Shown here one piece after another: positions 48,578 to 57,215 of a stretch of 64,000 bases of DNA. The DNA is from Alphaproteobacteria bacterium. GTDB lineage: Bacteria; Pseudomonadota; Alphaproteobacteria; UBA7887. Location: the NCBI GenBank assembly GCA_965216755.1, contig CBDCGL010000011.1:1632001-1696000 (forward strand), in the 5' to 3' direction. Below the pieces are notes generated by a model. The model worked only from the letters and a program-made list of their open reading frames with translations, did not search any database and was not told the origin of the DNA. The first letter of the stretch is position 1; each line of letters starts with the position of its first letter. Position numbers and translations under genes: made by a program.

Positions 48578-50830
48578 TCAGGACTCGATTGCCGAGCGCA
48601 CCGTATGGTGGGAATCCGGGGCGATGACGAAAGGAGCCGGCCTCATCGCGGTGGCCATATAATCTCCAGCCTCTTCCGCCGGCATTGGCCGGCCGAAATG
48701 GAAACCTTGCAAGTAATTGCAACCAAATGCCAAAAGCGCATCGGCCTGCGCGACGGTTTCAATGCCCTCGGCCACAACGCCCAGGCCCAGCTTTTGCGCC
48801 AGATCGATGATAATATGAATAATGTCCTGACTATTCTTTTCGTCGGCCATATCACGCACGAACATCCGGTCGATCTTAAGATCATCGAATGGAAAATATC
48901 GAAGGTAGCCAAGGCTGGAATAGCCCGTGCCAAAGTCGTCAATTGCCAGCTTGACGCCCAAGGCCTTGAGATGATCCAGAACCAGCTTGGCTGCTTCGGG
49001 GTGGGCAATGACCGAAGATTCGGTCAGTTCGAGCTTGATTGTTGCGGGATCAACCGGATGCCGGCTGAGCACGGACTCAACGTCGTGCACAATGCTGTTG
49101 TCAGCAATCTGTCGACCAGAGACGTTGACGCTGACAAACAGTGGTTGCGATGTGGCATTGCGCCAGGCTACAAGCTGGCCCGCGGCTTGGTCCAATGCCC
49201 ATGCGCCGATCGTGCTGATCAATCCCGTCTCTTCGGCCAAACCGATGAACTCACCCGGTGGTACCAATCCATGGTCGGGGTGGCGCCACCGCAAGAGCGC
49301 TTCAAAGCCGGCAACTTGGCCATCACGCGCTGTAACGATGGGCTGGTAAAATAGGGTGAGCTGCTGTTTATCGCGCAACGCGTGCCGCAAATCTGATTCA
49401 CGAGTCAAGACGCCAATACCGCCTGAGCGCATTGATTGTTCAAACAAGCCCGTCCGCGAGCCGCCGCTTGCCCGAGCTTTGGTTAGCGCGAGCTTCGCAT
49501 CCTGCATCATGCTTTCGGCGTCGTCATAGTCCAAGGCGCTGGTGGTCAATCCGACGGTGACCGTGCAATAGACGTTTTGTCCGCGGATCGAGGCCGGTGC
49601 TTCAAGATATTCACGAATTCGTGTGACACATGACAAAGCGCCTTCGGGCCAATCGGTCTCACGCAAAACCAGTGTGAACTCATCGCCACCCGTGCGCGCG
49701 ACCAAATCATCAGGCCGTAGGGCTGCCGTTAGTCGATCCGCAACCGCGCGCAGCATCATGTCGCCAGCCGCATGGCCAAGGCTGTCATTGACGATACGGA
49801 AGCGATCAACATTCAGGACCATGACGGCAAAGTGCCCGCTCGCCCGGTCATGAACGCCACAAATGGCGCGGCCAAGTTCGGAAATGAGATGGGCGCGGTT
49901 GGCCAATCCGGTGAGACCATCATGAAGCGCGTCGTGCCGCAGCTGGGCTTCAATGCGCTCGCGCTCGGCGTTTTCCAACCTTAGCTCTTGATTGGTCGCC
50001 CTCAGTTCGCACGTGCGCGCTTCGACCGCCTCCTCCAAGGTCTCCTTGGCAACCGTCAACTGGTGCTTCGCTTCCTGGAGCTCCAGAATATTTGTTGCTG
50101 TGGTCCGCAACATGGAATTGAAAGCGCGCATCACGTCACCCAGTTCGTCGGAACGGTTGTCGGCGACAAGATGGGGATTGGGGTTGGTGGGATTTGCGCC
50201 CGCGGTGAGCAACCGATCGCGCAAAAGAAAAATCGGCATCAAAACAAGTTTTCCAAATACCGTAAGGGTAATACCGCAAACAACCACAGAGATCAAAAAT
50301 ACAAGACCGGCTATGCGAAGAATAAAATTTCGAAGCTCGGCATGAATCCATGCTGTATCAAGCCGACCTATCAAAGTAAATGGCAAACCGGTAACTGCCG
50401 ATTTCCACAAAACATCCATGCGGTAATTGTGCGCGACAGAAGTTTTATTCGGTATTGTGCGCACGGATTGAACAAGTCGCAGATCCGGCACCTCGCCAAA
50501 CGTGCCAATCAGTGTGCCATCATCGGTGTAAATCGCACCACCGACGAACTCTTCGCTCATGCGATCCATGAGTCGCGCGGCGATCAACAAGTCACGGGGC
50601 CGCGAATGGCCGTGGGAGCGCAACGCCGCCGAGGCTGTGGCCAATCCGACATGCTGAAGTCGACCAATCAAATCGCGTTTGTAGTTCGCGTATGATGGGA
50701 CCAATACGGCGGCTTCAACCGCCAGAATGCTGAGGAACACAGCGACGGTCAGGCGAAAGCCCAGTCGCGACTTGAATACCATGCCCGCTCGCCGCAAGCG
50801 GCCACGCACTGTCCGCTCCGGATTGTGCAT
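48578..50830 (-). CDS. Membrane-bound HAMP-GGDEF-EAL diguanylate cyclase/phosphodiesterase
   Basis: Two TM segments, RSDELG..AFN HAMP, HDGLTGLANR, GGDEF, FEALLRW, DDFGTGYSSL. Confidence 0.94.
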   Translation of the reverse strand: MHNPERTVRGRLRRAGMVFKSRLGFRLTVAVFLSILAVEAAVLVPSYANYKRDLIGRLQHVGLATASAALRSHGHSRPRDLLIAARLMDRMSEEFVGGAIYTDDGTLIGTFGEVPDLRLVQSVRTIPNKTSVAHNYRMDVLWKSAVTGLPFTLIGRLDTAWIHAELRNFILRIAGLVFLISVVVCGITLTVFGKLVLMPIFLLRDRLLTAGANPTNPNPHLVADNRSDELGDVMRAFNSMLRTTATNILELQEAKHQLTVAKETLEEAVEARTCELRATNQELRLENAERERIEAQLRHDALHDGLTGLANRAHLISELGRAICGVHDRASGHFAVMVLNVDRFRIVNDSLGHAAGDMMLRAVADRLTAALRPDDLVARTGGDEFTLVLRETDWPEGALSCVTRIREYLEAPASIRGQNVYCTVTVGLTTSALDYDDAESMMQDAKLALTKARASGGSRTGLFEQSMRSGGIGVLTRESDLRHALRDKQQLTLFYQPIVTARDGQVAGFEALLRWRHPDHGLVPPGEFIGLAEETGLISTIGAWALDQAAGQLVAWRNATSQPLFVSVNVSGRQIADNSIVHDVESVLSRHPVDPATIKLELTESSVIAHPEAAKLVLDHLKALGVKLAIDDFGTGYSSLGYLRYFPFDDLKIDRMFVRDMADEKNSQDIIHIIIDLAQKLGLGVVAEGIETVAQADALLAFGCNYLQGFHFGRPMPAEEAGDYMATAMRPAPFVIAPDSHHTVRSAIES

Positions 50831-50934
50831 CGCAGCAAAATGCCTAATTCCCCTCTATAGGGAGTTAGACCTGCAAAGCGGATTTCAATCCGTAGTTGGC
50901 CAATCCGTGCACAACGGCCCCGGACCAACCCAAG

Positions 50935-52140
50935 TTACAATGGACGATCCGCCATATCGGGAAAAACCCTACCGCGGTAAGGGTTGGCGGCGGCAACCTG
51001 TTCATCGAGCTCAATACCGAGACCTGGCGCCGTCGGCGGTATTATGAAACCGTCCTGCCAGGTGATGGGAGTTTTCAGGATCTTCGCGTGAAAACCGTCG
51101 AAACGCTCGATACTTTCCTGAATCAAGAAGTTCGGACTGCAGGTCGCCAATTGAATGTTGGCCGCAGCCTCCACCGGCCCACAGTAAAGGTGGGGCGCGA
51201 TCTGGACGTAGTGCGCCTCCGCCATGCCAGCAATCTTCTTGGCTTCCAGGATACCGCCGACCCGGCCAAGCGCAGGCTGCAAAATCGCCGCGGCCTTCCT
51301 TTGTAGTAGCTGCGCGAATTCATATTTGGTCGCCAGGCGTTCGCCGGTCGCTACGGGGATCGTCGTCGCGCATGCTACGCGAGCCGCTTCGTCCATGTTC
51401 TCCGGCGGCACCGGTTCTTCAAACCAAAGCGGCGCATAGGGCTCGAGCCGCTTGGCGAAGCGAATTGCCGCGGCGGTGTTGGTTTGACCATGGGTCCCGA
51501 TCAACAGATCGCACCGATTGCCGACCGCCTCGCGCACGCTTGCCGTGACTTGGGCCGCATTGTCCAGCGCGTCGAGAGACAATTGCCGGGGATCGAATGA
51601 CGACATCGGCATGATCGGATCAAACTTGATCGCGGAGAAACCAAGGTCCGCGTAATGCGCTGCCCGTTCCGCGGCAGCCGCCGGATTGCTATGGACGTCG
51701 ACGAGCTTCAGCGCGTCGACCGAACCTGCGCCTTCGTAGTGCGCGTAGAGATACGTGTATGACCTGAGCGTCTCGTGGACTTGACCACCAAGCAGATTGT
51801 AGACCGGCTGATCAAGCGCTTTGCCGACAATGTCCCAGCAGGCCATTTCGATACCGCTCAGGACACCCATCAATGAATGATCGGGATGCTGGCTGTATCC
51901 ACGTGAATAGACAGACCGCCACAGAGTCTCAATCTTGAACGGACTGGCGCCAATGAAGTGCTGGTCAACGACGTCCTCGATCATGCGTGCGACAACATGT
52001 GGTTCAAAGGGCACTCCATAGGCCTCGCCAATGCCCTCGACGCCGTTGTCCGTCGTCAGCTTGAGGAACACCCAATAGGGGCCGCCATGATGCGGCGGCG
52101 GATTGGCAACCACGTAGGTCTTCAGATCGGTGATCTTCAT
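50935..52140 (-). CDS. Mandelate racemase/muconate lactonizing enzyme family protein
   Basis: IEMACWDIVGKAL..PVYNLLGG, WFEEP, ATGERL, IAPH, PTAPGLGIE. Confidence 0.93.
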   Translation of the reverse strand: MKITDLKTYVVANPPPHHGGPYWVFLKLTTDNGVEGIGEAYGVPFEPHVVARMIEDVVDQHFIGASPFKIETLWRSVYSRGYSQHPDHSLMGVLSGIEMACWDIVGKALDQPVYNLLGGQVHETLRSYTYLYAHYEGAGSVDALKLVDVHSNPAAAAERAAHYADLGFSAIKFDPIMPMSSFDPRQLSLDALDNAAQVTASVREAVGNRCDLLIGTHGQTNTAAAIRFAKRLEPYAPLWFEEPVPPENMDEAARVACATTIPVATGERLATKYEFAQLLQRKAAAILQPALGRVGGILEAKKIAGMAEAHYVQIAPHLYCGPVEAAANIQLATCSPNFLIQESIERFDGFHAKILKTPITWQDGFIIPPTAPGLGIELDEQVAAANPYRGRVFPDMADRPL

Positions 52141-52243
52141 CGCCTCTCCCTTCCCGCTTCCGCTCGCATCTGCTGCCGCTCAAGGGCGCGGCACGCGCGT
52201 CAACACCGAAACATGACCGGAACGCGCGCAATCAATGCCGTCG

Positions 52244-53218
52244 CTAATTCAGAGAGTCCCGCAATTTGCCCATCAGTTCTCGCCGCTCTCGCCGCGCGGC
52301 CAAGGCTTGTTCCATGGTCACATCGACAAATCGCGCTTCCGTGTGGGGTTGCAGCTGGCCAATCAAATCCATGTCGGCAGAGATGACCGTGCCAAGCATG
52401 AAATAGCCGCCACCGGATACAGCGTCACGGTGCAAGACAATCGGTTCCGAACCGCCGGGAACCTGGATCGAACCATAGGGATAGCAGCCGTCGACAATAT
52501 TGGAAGGGTCCGAGCCGGCACCAAATGGCTGTTCACGATCAACAAATTCCATGGCGTGGCCACCGCGAAAACGATAGCCAATCCGATCAGCTTCGGGCGC
52601 CACTTTCCACGTGTCGCCAAAGAAGTTTTGTAGCGACCCTGGCGTTAAGCGATGGCTGTAAATTCCGGTCAGCACGCGCAGTTCGGCCGGTGCACCCGGC
52701 ATACGGCGCAGCGCTTCTGCTACCTGGCGTCCCGGCGCAGCCGCCACGTTTGTGGTGCCGACGGGCAGAGTGTCGTCAGCCGCCAGGGGACGCCCCTGGT
52801 GGCCGCCAAGGGCCCCAAGCGCGTAGGTCGAGCGACTACCCAGAACAACTGGCACATCGATGCCGCCAGAAACAGCGACATAGGCGCGCGCACCGCTTTT
52901 CAGAAACTCGAACGACAAGGTCTGGCCAGCCTTGACCGCGAACGACGTCCACGTGGCGCCGGTCTCACCGTCAACTTTGGGCTGCAAATCAGCACCGGTG
53001 ACAGCAACGATCGCGTCAGACGTAAACGTCAGCTCGGGCCCCAGAAAAACGACTTCTAGAGCCGCGGCGCCCTCGTCATTGCCAACCAGCAAGTTGGCCG
53101 CGCGCAAGGCGAACCGGTCCATGGCGCCGGAAATCGGGATGCCGAGATGGTAATAGCCCGGCCGCCCCAAATCCTGGACCGTGGTCGCAAGCCCGGGCGA
53201 GATGACTTTAATGGCCAT
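52244..53218 (-). CDS. pxpC: 5-oxoprolinase subunit C / urea amidolyase carboxyltransferase-like protein
   Basis: TTVQDLGRPG, SGAMD, ANLLVGN, LGSRST, DRIGYR, GSIQVP, GGY. Confidence 0.88.
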   Translation of the reverse strand: MAIKVISPGLATTVQDLGRPGYYHLGIPISGAMDRFALRAANLLVGNDEGAAALEVVFLGPELTFTSDAIVAVTGADLQPKVDGETGATWTSFAVKAGQTLSFEFLKSGARAYVAVSGGIDVPVVLGSRSTYALGALGGHQGRPLAADDTLPVGTTNVAAAPGRQVAEALRRMPGAPAELRVLTGIYSHRLTPGSLQNFFGDTWKVAPEADRIGYRFRGGHAMEFVDREQPFGAGSDPSNIVDGCYPYGSIQVPGGSEPIVLHRDAVSGGGYFMLGTVISADMDLIGQLQPHTEARFVDVTMEQALAARRERRELMGKLRDSLN

Positions 53219-54083
53219 TGAGCACCTCCAGCAGCTTTTGGTTGTAGCCGTCAATGTCCTGATTGAATTCGTCCAACGAAAACGTCACGGGCTTGATCAC
53301 TGGCTCAAATCGACCCGCCTCGACATCGGCAACCGCTTGGTCGTAGCCCGCACGATCGATCGGCTGGAACTTGACGATGTCACCGGGCGTGAAGAACACC
53401 ATGAAATCCCTGAGGTAGCTAATCTCTTGGTTCGGGTCGAAAATCGGCATTGGCGTAATGCCGAACATCTGATAGCCGCCGGCGCCACGGACCGAATAGA
53501 TGCAAGAAAAGCAGCCGCCATAGCCAACCGTGAGTTTCGGCGTATCCGTGCGCGGCCGGAGGTATTTGGGCACTTCGATTTGGCGCGCCCTTTCAACCAT
53601 CTGATACATGAATGGCAGCCCGGCAACGAATCCGACCATGGAAACGAACCATGGCGAGCCAGAATGCGCCGCAATAAACTTGTCGACCGAGTCATAGCCA
53701 TTGATACGGGCGGCGAACTCAAGGTCGGTGCTGTTGGGGTCCTGGTGCCGTTCGCGAAAACGCATGAGCGTCTCTTGTGTCCAAGGGTCGCGGTAAAACA
53801 CGGGAATTTCGATGATCCGTGTTTCCAGGCGGTGATCGGCGTGTTCCGCCTGTTCTTCTATCGCCTTCAGCTCGCCAAGCATGTCGTCCGGGCTAATTAC
53901 GTCCGGATCAAACTTGACCTGAAACGAGGCGTTGGACGGGCACACTTCCGTCACGCCGTTTATCTCGCTGGCACGAACAGCATTGGTAATCGAGAGACTC
54001 TTGAAAAAGGCTTCGAGCGACATTTCTTCGTCGATTTCGACAAAGACATGCTCGTCGCCACCAAAGGAATAGCGTGTTTTCAT
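53208..54083 (-). CDS. pxpB: 5-oxoprolinase subunit B / allophanate hydrolase subunit 1-like protein
   Basis: SFGGDEH, GFVAGLP, PKYLRPRTDTP, GAGGYQMFG.TP, GDIVKF. Confidence 0.85.
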   Translation of the reverse strand: MKTRYSFGGDEHVFVEIDEEMSLEAFFKSLSITNAVRASEINGVTEVCPSNASFQVKFDPDVISPDDMLGELKAIEEQAEHADHRLETRIIEIPVFYRDPWTQETLMRFRERHQDPNSTDLEFAARINGYDSVDKFIAAHSGSPWFVSMVGFVAGLPFMYQMVERARQIEVPKYLRPRTDTPKLTVGYGGCFSCIYSVRGAGGYQMFGITPMPIFDPNQEISYLRDFMVFFTPGDIVKFQPIDRAGYDQAVADVEAGRFEPVIKPVTFSLDEFNQDIDGYNQKLLEVLNGH

Positions 54084-55466
54084 CTAGGTTCCGCCGCCTC
54101 CATCTTTCAATTGGGCTGCATTATCTTCGAGCCAATGTTCCAACCACTTCGTATGGACCTGCCCGGCACAAATGTCGTTGTCTCGCACCAAAGCTTGATA
54201 GAGCGGTTGCGTTGTCTTGATCCCCCTTACTTCGAGCTCGCTCAGGGCACGTGCCATGCGATCGATCGCCGCGGGTCGGTGTTCGTCCCAGACAATTAAT
54301 TTGCCAAGCAAGGAATCATAGAATGGTGGGATCGCGTATCCGGAATAGATCATGCCATCGAATCGCACCCCCGGACCATCCGGCGCGGAAAATTGATCAA
54401 TGACACCGGGGAATGGCATGAATCCGTTAGCCGGATCCTCCGCATTGATCCGCACTTCGATGGCATGGCCACGCACCGCCAAATCAGACTGATGCAGACC
54501 GAGAGGTTCGCCGACTGCGATCTTGAGCATGGCCCGAACCAGATCGACACCGGTGACCAGCTCGGTGACCGGGTGTTCGACCTGAATGCGGGTATTCATT
54601 TCGATGAAATAGAAATCGTGGCTGGCATCGTCGTAGAGGAATTCGACGGTGCCGGCGCCGCTATAGCGGACCGCCTCGGCCAGACGCACGGCAGCTGCGC
54701 ACAAGTTTTCGCGGATAGCGTCCGGCAGGCTGGGCGACGGCGCTTCTTCCCACAACTTCTGCCGCCGTCGCTGCAGCGAGCACTCGCGCTCGAACAAATG
54801 CACCGCACGTTCGCCATCACCCAGCACTTGCACTTCGATATGGCGCGCGCGTTCGATCACCTTTTCGACATAGAGACCACCGTCACCGAAGGCCGATTGG
54901 GCTTCCGCACGCGCCTGTGGGGCAAGTCGTGCAAATTCGTTGCCGTCGGTCGCCACCCGAATGCCGCGGCCGCCGCCACCGGCCGCCGCTTTGATCATGA
55001 CCGGAAAACCGATCTCGTCGGCCAGTGCCGCCGCGTCATCTAGATCATCGATCCGGCCGACGCTGCCGGGCACGGTCGGTACATCAGCAGAGGCCGCGGC
55101 CTCACGCGCTGAGACCTTGTCGCCCATCAAACGGATCGTATCGCCGGTCGGCCCAACAAAAACCAATCCGGCGTCGACCACTGCGTCGGCAAAATCCGCG
55201 TTTTCAGCAAAAAAACCGTAGCCCGGATGAACCGCATCGGCCCCTGTGGCGCGCGCTGCCTCCAAAATAGCGTCGGTATTTAAGTAGGACTTGGCGGCCT
55301 GTGGCGGCCCTATCGGGACCGCTTCATCGGCGCGTTTCACGGCCAACGACTCGGAATCGGCGGCACTGTAGACCTGCACCGTCCTGATCCCAAGTTCTTG
55401 CGCGGCGCGGATGATCCGCACCGCGATTTCGCCTCGATTGGCGACCAGCAGCTTGCGAATGGCCAT
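54084..55466 (-). CDS. Biotin carboxylase subunit (AccC-like)
   Basis: LVANRGEIA, HPGYGF.AEN, KAAAGGGGRG, RECSLQRR.QK, EMNTRIQVEHPVTE, RINAED, YDSL. Confidence 0.95.
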   Translation of the reverse strand: MAIRKLLVANRGEIAVRIIRAAQELGIRTVQVYSAADSESLAVKRADEAVPIGPPQAAKSYLNTDAILEAARATGADAVHPGYGFFAENADFADAVVDAGLVFVGPTGDTIRLMGDKVSAREAAASADVPTVPGSVGRIDDLDDAAALADEIGFPVMIKAAAGGGGRGIRVATDGNEFARLAPQARAEAQSAFGDGGLYVEKVIERARHIEVQVLGDGERAVHLFERECSLQRRRQKLWEEAPSPSLPDAIRENLCAAAVRLAEAVRYSGAGTVEFLYDDASHDFYFIEMNTRIQVEHPVTELVTGVDLVRAMLKIAVGEPLGLHQSDLAVRGHAIEVRINAEDPANGFMPFPGVIDQFSAPDGPGVRFDGMIYSGYAIPPFYDSLLGKLIVWDEHRPAAIDRMARALSELEVRGIKTTQPLYQALVRDNDICAGQVHTKWLEHWLEDNAAQLKDGGGGT

Positions 55467-55494
55467 CGGCTTGGTGCGCCCCCAGGGCCGCCGC

Positions 55495-55737
55495 TTAACT
55501 TGCGACCTCTACCAAGGGCTGTCCCGCAACGACCGCGTCTTCATTGTCGACCAGGAACTTCGCAACCGTCCCTGCACAATCCGCCTTAACCTCGTGAAAT
55601 GATTTCATCACTTCGACCAAACCGATGATGTCGCCCTCGGACACAGCGTCCCCGTCTGACTTGTATGGCGGATCGTCTGGCTGCGGCCGCCGATAGAAGG
55701 TTCCCGGTAACGGCGAAAGGATCTGTTGCGTGGCCAT
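55495..55737 (-). CDS. Biotin carboxyl carrier protein (80 aa)
   Basis: SPLPGTFYRRP and EVMK biotinylation motif. Confidence 0.93.
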   Translation of the reverse strand: MATQQILSPLPGTFYRRPQPDDPPYKSDGDAVSEGDIIGLVEVMKSFHEVKADCAGTVAKFLVDNEDAVVAGQPLVEVAS

Positions 55738-55902
55738 GGTGAGTCCCCATACTCGAATGCGATGCGGCGCGGACGCGAAGTGTCTGACGCAAAACCGAAT
55801 GCAGCTGACGTGCCGCCATCTTACAGATGGAGACCAGTCCGTCTAGATCGGCCGTAGATCGCTGGTCGCCGTGCGGACGACGCCACGCCGCGTCGCAACG
55901 CG

Positions 55903-56398
55903 TCAGTGGTCGCGCCCCCTCCGCAGCCGAAGAAAAGCCCGAAAAACGGTCGGCGGCAAAATGCGCGTGGCACGTAACGCAGGCCTCGACCATGCGGCCA
56001 TAGTAAAACACCACCAGTTCGTCGTCGCCGACTTCGGCGGCGTGCGCAAGCTTGCCCGCGGCACCGTGAAACTTTCGATCCAGCGCAATAAACTCGGCCG
56101 GCACGGCGCCCTTCAAATCTTGTTTGTCTTGGTCAGTCAGTGACTGCTTGAGAATAAAGCTGTCGCGTATCTTGGTACCCAGTTCCTTCACATGCGCCCG
56201 CTCGCCAGCCGCGATGGCCACAGACAAATCGGCGGTCGCTTGCGAGACTTGCTGCATTTCCGTTGCCAACAGTTCTTTCAGTCGCGGTGTCAATTTTGGC
56301 CCCACAGGCTCGGCGGCCCCAGCGTAACTCACCGCCCCAATCGTAAGTACTCCAGCAACGGAAATGGTACCTACTGCCCAATTGGCTGCTCTTGTCAT
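55903..56398 (-). CDS. Periplasmic cytochrome c with C-terminal CxxCH (cytochrome c'-like); 3' end apparently frameshifted, so the given frame reads through to 55586
   Basis: GGGAGG RBS, signal peptide, helical body, CVTCH. One G fewer in the G5 run (55915-55919) gives ...AAEGRDH* ending at 55903. Confidence 0.75.
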
Positions 56399-56554
56399 TT
56401 GTTCCTCCCGAGAATCCTGTTGGCCCAACTGGTCCACCGTCGGCAGTCTAACCCAGATATCTCACGAGGAGGTTGATCGTGAGCGGGACCTGTTCGTTGA
56501 TCAGGCAGACAACAAGCGGATATTTTGAGGGCGAGCAGCGCTGTGGCGCCATTG

Positions 56555-56963
56555 GGCGCGGTCATCACGGAATGTGGTACGAGCCGCTTTCCTGCGGCTG
56601 ACGCCGGCAATCCTTGCCACTTTCATTAGACGCTCGACCCGCTTGCGTCCCACCTGGATCCCCTCATCGGCAAGTTCAGCGTGGATACGCGGGGCTCCAT
56701 AGGTCTCTTTGGAAACCTGATGGATTGCCTTGATACGAACGGTCAGTTCCGCATCAGCAACAGCCCGGTCGCACGGATCACGACCAAGATGGGCATAGAA
56801 CCCACGGCTCAAACCCGCGGGCAAGGCTGTCAGCACTGTGCCCCGTTCGGGCCAACGCAATTATCTGCTCGCTAAATTCCGCAGGGTACGGGTTCCTTGT
56901 TCTTGGCATTCGCACACTTTCTCCTATCGGTCAAAATGTGTCCATCAAACCGGGGGAACTTTA
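56555..56963 (-). mobile_element. Internally deleted IS3-family remnant (left IR, orfA 5' end joined to an orfB fragment)
   Basis: IR-like AAAGTTCCCCCGGTTTGATGGACAC; ATG at 56909 gives MPRTRNPYPAEFSEQIIALARTG...FEP (OrfA); then TYGAPRIHAEL...VGRKRVERLMK (OrfB). No DDE core. Confidence 0.88.
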
Positions 56964-57100
56964 ACTGCATGCCTTCTAGCCTGAGTCCACCGACAAAGGT
57001 GGTTGTCTTCCAATGACTATGAGGTACTGTCGCGCGGGTTCGAGAATCCGCTGGCCAATGACCGTAAAAGGCCGTGCGATCCGGCGCTTGTGCGGCCAAC
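56964..57100 (-). pseudogene. IS630-family transposase fragment
   Basis: VPHSHWKTTTFVGGLRLEGM matches the IS630 PHGHWKTTTF..LR..GM motif; the frame is cut at the IS3 end. Confidence 0.8.
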
Positions 57101-57111
57101 ATCACCCAAAT

Positions 57112-57125
57112 TTGACCTTCGTTAA
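57112..57125. promoter_or_regulatory. FNR/NnrR/FixK-type box upstream of nosR
   Basis: TTGAC-CTTC-GTTAA versus consensus TTGAT-N4-ATCAA, 90 bp before the nosR ATG. Confidence 0.6.
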
Positions 57126-57215
57126 GGCGGAGTCGACCACCGCGCGCTACAGAGAATCATCATACATCGCATTGCCGCGCTCAAAAGTTTGCAACGGTAG
57201 ACCTGGACCCCGCCA

